A stretch of DNA of 64,000 nt from the human T2T-CHM13v2.0 reference genome, Homo sapiens: assembly GCF_009914755.1 (NCBI RefSeq), contig NC_060939.1, one strand, 5' to 3'. Of this stretch, positions 52,663 through 64,000 are shown piece by piece. The position numbers were made by a program, and so were the translations under genes. The notes under the pieces are model-generated. The model saw only the letters and a list, made by a program, of their open reading frames with translations, made no database searches and had not been told where the DNA came from. Within the stretch, counting starts at the first letter, position 1, and each line of letters begins with the position of its first letter.

Positions 52663-52818
52663 TGGTGGAACCTTCCCGTATGACGACGGCTCCAAGCAAG
52701 AGATAAAGAACAGCTTGTTTGTTGGCGAGAGTGGCAACGTGGGGACGGAAATGATGGACAATAGGATCTGGGGCCCTGGCGGCTTGGACCATAGCGGAAG
52801 GACCCTCCCTATAGGCCA
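52663..52818 (+). CDS. CEMIP: CEMIP exon R (156 nt): GGTFPYDDGSKQEIKNSLFVGESGNVG...TLPIGQ
   Basis: ctctacag|T acceptor; GCCA|gtagg donor. Confidence 0.95.
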
Positions 52819-53009
52819 GTAGGTTTGCAACCATGTAGCTCCTTATTCTGAGTGGCTTAACCTAAGTGGCTGTGATGGAAGGGAAAAAGTTAATGGGTAG
52901 TTTCTACCTGTTGACTATGAATTCTTCTACCAGCCAGAGGAATCACTGAGGTGACTGAGACTAACAATTAAGGGATGAAATCTGGAATGGGGAGAGAGAA
53001 GTCAAAAAG

Positions 53010-53480
53010 TGGTGTTGAATATGAGTCAACAGGGTGACGTGGCCATCAAAATGCGTAATGCATTCCTGGGCTATGTTAATGGGAATTTAGTGTGTCTGGG
53101 ATCAGGGACTGTGAGTCCTTTTCTCTGACAGCACTCTCACTTGGAGTGTAGCATCCACTCCTGAGGATGGCAGAGCAATAGAGTCAGGCCGAAGCACACT
53201 TAAAGGAGAATAACCAGGAGGGTGACAAAAGCCGAAGCTATGTCACATGCAGGTTGGGGTCTTCAACCAGAAGACAGGATCATCACTTTGGGGACAACAT
53301 GGGGGATATTGTTACATGTTCTCAGAGCTGCTGTGCACATAGGGGATGAGACTCATTCTACACGGGCACCGTGGGTTAGGGTTGGTTTAGTGCAAGAAGG
53401 ATGGATCTTTTTAATGTCAGATATGCTCAACAACAGAATAGCAGGACTGTCCTGAGGAGTCCTGGTTTCTGCGGCTGGGG
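53010..53480 (+). mobile_element. L3/CR1 fragment
   Basis: tgaatatgagtcaacag.gtgacgtggcc...aatgcattcctgggct CR1 ORF2 signature; approximate. Confidence 0.6.
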
Positions 53481-55502
53481 GAGTTCAAATGAAGGTCAGA
53501 CGATAAGCAGGTGGGTGGAGAATGAATGGGTGACTTGGAAGGGTGATGAGCAAACAGGGATAATGGACTCAGTCAATTCCTTGGAAAACCACAGGCTGGG
53601 TCAGTGGTGAGGAAATCTCCTTTCTTCTGCTGGTGTTTCTGCTCAGGTGTGAATTCAAGCCAGAGAGCAAGGCTCTGAGCCTGTGAGCAGCATGGTAGTC
53701 CCTGTGCTCCTGGTGATAAGATCAGCCCTTCTTGTCTGTCTGAGCTTTCTACTCTTTCTCTAGGAAGATATAATTTCTACTACTAGAGTCAGGACACAAA
53801 ATACACATTGACCTAAAACTTCCAACCCAAGTGGACATGGAAAAGACTTTGCAAAGGCAAAATCATGGTCTCCTTCAGCATGAGCTGTGAGAAGCCCTTC
53901 CTTTTGTCTAACCTGAGTAATGGAGCAGTCCCTTTCAGCATGTGTATGAGTGACCCTGAATCCGCACGTTCAAGGTTTCTTTGCCAAGGGTTACCAGCCT
54001 CCCGGGGCCAGAATGCTCTGATGACTTCCAAAGGTGATCCTGTTTATGGAAACCTGTCAGACTGAGGCAGGTTCCTCAAATTGCATCTGCAAGTAGGAAC
54101 CTAAGAGCCTGCAGTCCTAATCATGGTTGATCCATCTTGTATAGAGCTGGGTCAGGGTCTGAAGTGCAAAACCTAAGTATAGAGCTAGTAAAAATGGACT
54201 GTCCCTAAAATATGTGAAATGAAAAAATGCATGGAGCCACCCCTTGAGAATCAGGATTCTAGATCATGATGTTAATCAATTATAAACGTAAAAATATAGA
54301 AATGCAAGGAGTCTTTGGTGCCCACTGAAGGCATGTTACCGTGACTGCTGTGCCTAGGGTCTTCCTCAAGGAACCATATTGGAATGGAAGGGAGCCCAGG
54401 GTTGAAGATCAGGGACAACTGGAGTATGGTCTCTCCCTGTGGGCAGATATTTTTTCTGCTTCTTTTTCCATCTTTCTATTTTTTCTTCTTTATATTTGCT
54501 GTGGAAGACAATGTGCTTGACCCAGATACAGAGACACCAGCATAAGCATACATGTTGGGTTTGGAGAAGGAGCAAGCCTAGACTGGGGCCAGGCCCAAGA
54601 AGGACCACCAGGAAGCCCAGCCAGCCTCGCAGACCCTTGCTTCCTGTGCTCTGCTCAGGAGTCTGAGGCAATGGGAGAAGTGTGTCTGAGCAACCTACTC
54701 CATGCTAAGCCAAGGCAAAATCTTCAAGTCACCAGTTCTTGTCCAGTCTCTCCTACCTCCACGTCCAAGCCTGTTGCCGCTTCCCACCTCCTTCTGGGTC
54801 TCAGGGCCTTCTTGGGGTTCTCTGTCAGCCTACAGTCTTGCTTTTCAGTGGGGCCTCCCTTTCTTCTAGGGGTGCTGAAAATGTTGCCTTACAATTATTT
54901 TTATCATGTTTATCACCTTCCATTCTGTGTCCTTTTCCCCTCTGTTTCCCAAACCCAGCACACTGCCAATGTGAAAGGCTTACTCCCAGAGGAGAAACTC
55001 ATGTGGGTCTTAATCTGATTTAATTGTTATAGCAACTAAAACTAAGGCGATAATGACTAACAGCTCTATCTTCCCAAGAAACATAATATTGGCACGCTCC
55101 AGTGGTATTTACAGTATTTACCCAATGACTCTTTATGTAATGGAAAAATTGGGGAAAATGTTGAAATACAGGACCATTCTCCAAACTCCAAACTAGCAAC
55201 TAGATGGATATTCAACTCATCCATCCATTCATCCATCCATCCATTCACCCGGCAGTCATTCATTGACACTTAGTGTGTCTATACATGCTTTAAATTAATT
55301 AATGAATTAATAATTAATTAATAATGATCTGGGGCAGGGGGAGTTTCTAGAGGTGGGGATCAGGAATGGTTTTACCCAGGAAGTCTCTGCTACCATCCAC
55401 CTCAGAAGGGGCAAACATGGCGTTTAGACTGACGTCTTACTTCCTTAACTCCATAGGAATGGAAAACATTTAGACTGACATCTTACTTCCTTAACTCCGT
55501 AG

Positions 55503-55683
55503 GAATTTTCCAATTAGAGGAATTCAGTTATATGATGGCCCCATCAACATCCAAAACTGCACTTTCCGAAAGTTTGTGGCCCTGGAGGGCCGGCACACCA
55601 GCGCCCTGGCCTTCCGCCTGAATAATGCCTGGCAGAGCTGCCCCCATAACAACGTGACCGGCATTGCCTTTGAGGACGTTCCG
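55503..55683 (+). CDS. CEMIP: CEMIP exon S (181 nt): NFPIRGIQLYDGPINIQNCTFRKF...IAFEDVP
   Basis: ctccgtag|G acceptor (second of two duplicated acceptors; the one that keeps frame); TCCG|gtgag donor. Confidence 0.95.
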
Positions 55684-56888
55684 GTGAGTGAGGCGCCAGG
55701 GCAGACTCCCGGCAAACCCAGACTTTGGATGGTGATTCACAAGTCCCCTGGGTCCCAGAGTTTGAGCTATTGCCACCACCGCAGGGGTTGAGAAGCCTCC
55801 TCCAACTAGGCTGGGCCATGTCCCAGTTTGCTCTTCATCCAAACTGGAAAAGTACAAGCGTAGGTTGCCCCACAGGTCAGGTCTGGGTAAATGCCCGCTT
55901 GCTCTCTCCCTGCTCAAAACTCAGGCGAGCCTCTGGAGGAACCCGACGTGTGGACTGAGGTTCCTAGGCTGTTCCTCCAAGGGACTTGACTTTGACAAAC
56001 TGAGTCTTCTGACCAGGCCACCTGAGTTGGCACAAAGAATCTAACAAGCCCCACAGTTTCCAAGGGAAGTCTTAGCTGATGATGTTCTGTTTAATCTCTC
56101 CCCGAGAGCAGACTATAAACAGAGGCCTCCTTGCCCTAGACAGAGAAGGCAGAAGAGGGGCGGAGGATTAGGAGATCAGGAGCAAGGGCTGCCCTGTGAG
56201 ACCAGCCGGGGCCAGTCCTCCTGTGCATTTCCTTCAGGTTATGGATTCCCAGACTTTTCCCTCCTTCTCCTCCCTGCTCCTGCCTTTTGCCTGTTTGCCC
56301 AGTTCCTGGCAGGCTGAGGGAAACGATGTGAAACTGAAATGACTTAATGTCTTTACTCAGGCAACTGAGAGCCTGAAAGAGGTCAGTTATGGAAATCTGC
56401 AAGGGCTCATGCTGCAAAACTGTCTTCCTGAAACGTGCCACATGCATCTTCTCTCGCACACGGATGCCCCCGTGTATGTGTGTGTGTATGTGTAAAAGTG
56501 TGTGTACCCTTTCTCATACACACATCACCCCCACCTCCCTCTCACACACAGTCACACTCACAGTCCTCAGTCCCCCTCCTCCATCTCTGCAGTTGGTGAA
56601 GGCTGTGTGTCAGAGCAGTCTCCAAGCTCATCCACAGCAGCCAACCCTCCAGTGAGCAGAGGCCAAAAGCATGTGCTAGGTCTGGGAGTTGAGGCACAGT
56701 GAACCTTTGACTGTGACTCCGGTTGCATCGGAGGGGTCAGCCACGTGGTTTCTCTCAGTGCCCGAGAGCATCTTTGTTTTGGCTGGCTTGTAACGTCAGT
56801 GGAAATCGGAAACCTCGCCCTGGCCTGATGACGGCTGCAGTTTCCCTTCACCTTCTAGCCCTGCCTAACTTTCCTGGGCTCTGTTTAG

Positions 56889-57104
56889 ATTACTTCCAGA
56901 GTGTTCTTCGGAGAGCCTGGGCCCTGGTTCAACCAGCTGGACATGGATGGGGATAAGACATCTGTGTTCCATGACGTCGACGGCTCCGTGTCCGAGTACC
57001 CTGGCTCCTACCTCACGAAGAATGACAACTGGCTGGTCCGGCACCCAGACTGCATCAATGTTCCCGACTGGAGAGGGGCCATTTGCAGTGGGTGCTATGC
57101 ACAG
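56889..57104 (+). CDS. CEMIP: CEMIP exon T (216 nt): ITSRVFFGEPGPWFNQLDMDGDKTSVFHDVDGS...CSGCYAQ
   Basis: tgtttag|ATT acceptor; ACAG|gtggg donor. Confidence 0.96.
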
Positions 57105-57492
57105 GTGGGGACACCATTCTGGGGGCCGGCCACTCACTTATTCACTCATGCAACAAGCATTCAGTGAGTGTCTACTCTATGCCTGGCTCTGTTTCAGGCC
57201 AGAAAGAGATACAGAATTTTTTTTTCTTTTTCTTTCTTTCCTTTTATTTTTTCCCCTCACCCAGTAGGATTTTTACAAAGTTAAAGTCAAAACACTTGGT
57301 GAGCAAAATGCTTAGAAAAAAAGAACCCTCTGGGTCAACTGCTTCGATTCAAGTCAGGCTCCAACACTTACCATTGGACCTTGGGCAAATTACTTGGTCT
57401 CTTGGAGCCTCAGTTTCCTCACCTGTAAAATAGTTGAACTTTCCTAGCGAGATTTTGGGGGTGGCTTCAGAAAATACAAGTAAAATGTTTCA

Positions 57493-58030
57493 TCAGCCTT
57501 ATCCAATAGAAATATAATGCAAGCCACACATGTAATCTTAAATTTTCTGGTAGCCATGTTAAAAAGTAAAAAGAAACAGAATTTAATTTTAATAATACTT
57601 TAATTGTATTAAAAATACTATCATTCAAAATGAATCAGTGTAGAAAATCATTAAAAACACTTCTTGTTTTTTTTCTAAGTCTTCAAAGTCTACTGTGTAT
57701 TTTACACTTATAGCCCACTCAATTTTCAACCAAGGGAAGTGTAGTCCTACTGAAACAATAACGTTGTGTTTAATGTGAATTTTTAATTTTATTTTTAATT
57801 TATTTTTGCATTTTTATTGCTATATCATAGTATATTCTCTTGGAGAATGTGTGATATTTGATATATGTATACAATGTGTAATGATCAAATCAGGGTAATG
57901 GGATAGGAAAAAATATTTACATTGCTTTTGTTTTGAAATTTAAATGAATTGAAGTTTAAAATTCAGATCCTGAGTCACAGTGGCCACATGTCCAGTGCTC
58001 AGTGGCCACATGAGGGACAGGGCAGGTCTA
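57493..58030 (+). mobile_element. MER33/Charlie1-type hAT element interrupted by an antisense L1M 3' fragment (about 57780-57905)
   Basis: tccaatagaaatataatgcaagccacacatgtaat...; agtcacagtggccacatgtccagtgctcagtggccacatg; L1 tacaatgtgtaatgatcaaatcagggtaa. Confidence 0.75.
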
Positions 58031-59353
58031 GATGGTGCCTAGAACAGGGCAGAACTTAAAATATTAGTTAGCTATTATTATATTATTGTTACTTCTAGTA
58101 TTTTGATGAATGACTAATGAATAAATGAGTAACGGGAGAGAGGCCTGAGAAAATGAATTGTCAGGTTCACAGTGAGCCAGGTCGTCTCAGAGAATGAAGG
58201 AAACATGTATGAATAGCTGTCTTCACAACTATCCTACAAGGCAGGCATTATTATCACCACCGTGGGTGTCAGGAATTGGGGTGTTAGAAAGGAGCTAAAT
58301 GGTGGTTTGGGGGTGGAGGAGTGATAGGAGAGGGAGATGGTGTTGGGCTGAAGGAAAAGGGCCATAAGGGGCAAAGAGGGCACAGGGTGCAGCTGGTGGG
58401 GGTCAGGTGCCAGAGTAGGTGGCAGGGCTAGCATTTAGCAGGAAGAAGGACCAGAGGAAGACAGGGCAGAGGGCAGGAAGCTGAGGGTGTTTCTCTCTGC
58501 AGTAGAATGTGATGTCATGTGCTGAGAATGTGGGGACTGGGCTTGAGGAAAGTAACCTCCAGAGAGCGATAAAGATTTGGAAGAGTTGCTGTAGAGAGTG
58601 GAAAATGTTGACAAGAAGCTTGTGGAAGGAGTGCCTGGCAGTGTTGAAAACCCAGTGGAGACTGGAGGCGGTGCATTTGCAGAGGCACCTCTCTCCCAGG
58701 CTGTGGGATTTTCTCAGCCCTGCTCAAGAGCCCTGGGAGAGGCGGAGCTGTGCAATGAGCCATGGGGTGGCTTCTGCTGTAGGTGTGGGCAGAGGAAGGG
58801 CCAAGATGCTAATGGGAGTGAGTGGTTGATATGATGATGTGAGGAAGATAAGAAGGGAAGTGGGGTCAGAAGGGAGCTGATGGAGGACAGTCATGTCCTG
58901 AATAATTGAAGGATGACCAAACCCTCAAGCCTGGCATCCACACTGTCAGCATTACACAGCCTCAGCTCAAGGTCTAGGTATCCCATATGGAGCCTTGATT
59001 TTCCTTCCCACACTTTCTTTCTGATATGTTGCTTATCTTCTGTGAAAAAAAAGCTCATCGTTAGAGCTTGCCAGATTATCATAACTGGCAACTGGTTATT
59101 AACGGTTATTCATAATATTTTCCCTTCACTTTACATCTTACAAAATGCTTTAATGTACGCTTTACCTTCTGATACTCAGGGCAACTTCCTAAGATGGGCA
59201 GGGTTGGTTCTCTTTCCATCTTATATGCGATAAAACTAGAGGGGAAGATAAGCACTTCCTTCCAAAAGCACAACATCATTGCACGTTGGTGTGATTGTCT
59301 CTCTTGGCCACAGTTATGGGGATATTGCCTTATGAATTTGGGATGTGCCATAA

Positions 59354-59892
<539 letters not shown>

Positions 59893-60317
59893 CTAAAATC
59901 AGGCAGAGCAACTGCCAGTTATAGGCGAGTTGCATTTTATGGTAGAATTAAAAAAGTTCTCTCTCTCTCTCTCTTACTCCCTTCCTCCTCCGTCCACATC
60001 TCTGTCCTTTGTCCAAAATTTGCCATCTGACTATTATGCAGACTCTTCTCAAATTTCCACTGGAAGCTCAACAGAGCACTTTTATGAAGATGAACAGAAA
60101 GCATTAGCTGGATTACACAGTAAGGCCTGGGCTGCGTCCATCAGCAGAAAGAGATGTCCCCTTATTTGGCCTTTCTTTCATTCAAGCCTTCTAAAAAGGG
60201 TTCTGTAAAGAGAAAGTGCCTTTGAAAGTGCGGTCTATAGTCAGATGTTAGCCAGACGCTCTTGGAATAATCCTTCGTAATAGCCTCATTGTGTGTTTCC
60301 TTTTTGGGTTTTAAAAG

Positions 60318-60529
60318 ATGTACATTCAAGCCTACAAGACCAGTAACCTGCGAATGAAGATCATCAAGAATGACTTCCCCAGCCACCCTCTTTACCTGGA
60401 GGGGGCGCTCACCAGGAGCACCCATTACCAGCAATACCAACCGGTTGTCACCCTGCAGAAGGGCTACACCATCCACTGGGACCAGACGGCCCCCGCCGAA
60501 CTCGCCATCTGGCTCATCAACTTCAACAA
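60318..60529 (+). CDS. CEMIP: CEMIP exon U (212 nt): MYIQAYKTSNLRMKIIKNDFPSHPLYLEG...WLINFNK
   Basis: ttaaaag|ATG acceptor; ACAA|gtgag donor. Confidence 0.95.
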
Positions 60530-61437
60530 GTGAGTGGGTGTCCAGCCAGGAGCAGTGAGCTCAAAGCTGATAACGATGCCTTGTTGCAAAGTCCTGGACT
60601 TGCGTCTAACGAAACCACAGGCTAGCCCATGTGATCCATGCAGGAGTACCTAGAGGGGTTGACATCACCCAGGAGTTAAGAATTAAAGGACACAGGCCAA
60701 GCCCCCGCTCCAGCATGGGTAACCTTGGCCAGCGCACGTAACCTCTTGAGCCTGAGCTCCTTGATCTTTGAGTTGAGGATAGTATTACCTTGCAGGAGTG
60801 CAATGAGGACCCAAGGAGATAAGGTATGGCGGGCACCCAGGACCTGGCATTAGCCAGTGCTCGACAGATGACAAAAATATCTGGGTATTGTTGTTACCAT
60901 CCTACAGAGAGGGAAACGAGGCTCTGCGAGATAAAGTGTTGAGGCCGAGGGCATCTGGATAGGGCTTCATATATTTAGATTCTAGTATTTTCTATGCACA
61001 TTATTTACTTGTCACAGTATTTCTGTGAGACAGACATTTACCAGATGTGGGAAATGAGACCAAAGCGATGAAATCGGCCCTACAATCAAGCTGGACCCAG
61101 AAGGGGCTCAGCCTAGGTCCTTTGGATCCTGTGCTCTTTAACTACGAAAAGAATGTCTTTTTCCCAAAGTTCCATATGCAGCACCCCCAGGGTTGGCCCT
61201 GGAGACACACCAGTGAAGCATTCAGGCTCTTTGCTCATGGGCAGCCATTGTCTCTCCCTCTCTCCTTGAACACTGCAACTCAGTCACCACGACAGCAAAT
61301 GTGCTTTCAAAATTTCCCATACAAAAGTGGAGGTGTCATTTGGTGGAGATTTTTTGGTCTCTTTCTCCAAGGCATGCTCCAAAGGCCCTGTGGCCTGGAC
61401 ACCCTTGCTTGTAACCTGACTCTACTTCCAATCCTAG

Positions 61438-61623
61438 GGGCGACTGGATCCGAGTGGGGCTCTGCTACCCGCGAGGCACCACATTCTCCATCCTCTCGGA
61501 TGTTCACAATCGCCTGCTGAAGCAAACGTCCAAGACGGGCGTCTTCGTGAGGACCTTGCAGATGGACAAAGTGGAGCAGAGCTACCCTGGCAGGAGCCAC
61601 TACTACTGGGACGAGGACTCAGG
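61438..61623 (+). CDS. CEMIP: CEMIP exon V (186 nt): GDWIRVGLCYPRGTTFSILSDVHNRLLK...YYWDEDSG
   Basis: atcctag|G acceptor; CAGG|gtgag donor. Confidence 0.96.
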
Positions 61624-61963
61624 GTGAGCAGGCGCCCACTTGGCTGCAGGAAAGTGGCTCAACCTCATCTTGTCCCCTTGGCCTTTCCAATAAGTCTAAG
61701 AACAGCCATGTAGTTAATGCCAATTAATGTAAGACACCTTTCTAGGCATTTTGACTCTAAGGCTGACTGTCCCATACATTAACGACATTTTTAAAGCTAT
61801 TAAGCTTTAAAAGTAAAATAAACACCCTATTAAATATACATGTGAATTGTAGGGAATTTACATATTTCAGAAAAAAAAAAGTGAAGGCAGTAAATCTTAG
61901 AATCCAGAAAACATGGTACATTATCTCAAATCCTCACAACAACCTGCTTGGAGCAGAGGATTA

Positions 61964-62338
<375 letters not shown>

Positions 62339-64000
62339 TCAAAGCCCTCACCCTTTTGCTAACCTGCACTAGGTTCTATTCAATAGAGATATAATGAAAA
62401 CAGAGTATCTGTTTCTGGGAGTTCTTTGATCCCCTCTCTTAAAAAGAAATTTCGTCTAATGTCTTAAGAATGCCAACCCAGCTCCACAGCAACGTCGATA
62501 GCAAACTGTGAGGAGTAAGGGTAAAAGATCAGTTGATGGCCAGTTTTCTATTCTTATATGGAAGTCAATGATAAAGAAACTGATAACAGATGATCTATCT
62601 TATTTATGGCTCCATCAATTTGATTAAGGGAAAATTAAAATTTAGAATCAAAAGTATAAGTAAAATGTTGGGATGGGAGGGCAATAAAAAACACCTCTTT
62701 CCCCACACAAGTGCTACGCCAGCTGGGGGCAGACAAGCTGGCAGGGGAAGAGGAAGTGATCCACCTTACTGATGATAAAGCTGTTGGAGAATAGAGCTTT
62801 CCAATATCATCCCCAATTTTACCTCCTCCGCCCCAGGGAGCACTGGGCAATTACAGGCTCCCCACATAGGGCCCAGCCCGAAAACCTCAGAGCATGGAAG
62901 ACAGACCAGAGTGCCCCTGCTCTACGGGCTGAGCCAAATACCCAAAACCAACCAATTATATGAGACACTCTCTTCCCATGGGAAGAAGTGGATGAGGGGA
63001 GGGCCCAGGGGCCAGGAGTATTTAGGAAAATCCTCCCATATGAATACCAGAGGAGGAGGAGTGAGATATGCCCCACATACCACTAGGAAATATTATGATT
63101 AAAGTAACAGATGTTGATAAGGTAAAGTCCCTGGGATACCATCCATGCAGATTTTCTTCTTTCCGGCTCATGAGTGAAATGTTCAAAAGATGTGAATTTT
63201 TCAAATGGAAACTTCCACTAAGTAAGTTGAACCTCTTTGATCAAAGTCTTAAAAATCTAAGGCTGGTCTGCTTGTCACCTTAAGCACATTTTTTGGTTGG
63301 TAGCATAGCTTAGCCCTATGCCTGTTGATCATTGTGTTGTGTTTCAATTCAGCAACGCCTTAGGGACCAGGAGTTGGGTTATAGGGGGTCTGTTTCCTAT
63401 GGAGAAGGGCTGCAAACTCTTGGGCTTTTAAAAATCTTTCTGCCTTATACGTTTGTTGTTTCTTATACTCAGAGCACCTGCCTTTAGCAGCTACCTTCTA
63501 ATAATCTACTATGGGCTAGGATACTTAACAACCAGCTTGCTATAATTAGGGGTAAAATTAAAATAAGTCAGCTAAAAGGGAGGGGATTTCAAAGTGTGAA
63601 ATATATAAGCTCTGAATCATCTCTCATTTTTTCCAGGTTAAAAAAACTGTTAAGTGATTGTAGCTGTGTTCTGGATAGCTAAGTTTGCTTAATACCACCT
63701 CAGTGAATTCTTATAATGATTCTTACTAAATTATAAACAAGTACATTATTTAAGGTGCACAGCCATCAGTAGCGCTGCTCTGCAACATTACTTGGTCATA
63801 GCCAGGATTTGAGCACTGGGCTGGCAGATGCCCAGGCCCGTGCTCCTTTCATGCCTTCCAGGGCTTTGCAGTTCAGCCAGCTTGCACACATCCAAGTTGT
63901 AGGTCAGGATTAGGGAAGGCAGCTGCTACCTACCATGGGCTGGATGGTCTTTTAGGTCACTCCCAGTTTAGATAATCTGATATATAATGGCAACAAGGAA

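Noticed and set aside
57031-57040. GGCTGGTCCG, the 5' end of Y RNAs
   Set aside because: Lies within coding exon T (W-L-V-R); no further Y RNA similarity
61789-61812. 10-bp stem hairpin TTTTAAAGCT-ATTA-AGCTTTAAAA
   Set aside because: Short and AT-rich; expected by chance, too small for a pre-miRNA

Overview
Human (primate) genomic DNA, entirely inside the CEMIP (KIAA1199/HYBID) gene on the + strand. Twenty-two GT-AG coding exons (2259-61623, 3313 nt in total) splice in consistent phase into one open frame. It runs from just after the signal peptide (VAAGCPDQ..., about residue 32) to ...YYWDEDSG (about residue 1136) and covers the G8 domain, first GG domain, a WxxW/CysD-like module and the PbH1 beta-helix region. 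The start-codon exon and the last coding exons lie outside the window. Introns hold ordinary mammalian repeats: 14 Alu/Alu monomers, THE1, LTR8 and another ERV1-class solo LTR, MLT1 LTRs, MER2/MER3/MER20/MER33/MER91/MER102 DNA-transposon relics, L1/L2/L3/MIR fragments and microsatellites. No RNA gene or CRISPR array is supported, and nearly all listed ORFs are spurious. The most unusual signals are: a tandem duplication of a complete 3' splice site (46-nt offset, built-in stop) before the exon at 55503; a G4/Ig-switch-like higher-order minisatellite at 35441-35790; a 3x40-bp repeat beside an acceptor; a phase-symmetric two-exon WxxW module; a tailless Alu with TSDs; and a fold-back palindrome at a hAT element end. 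Gene identity, residue numbers and repeat family names come from recall, not a database search.
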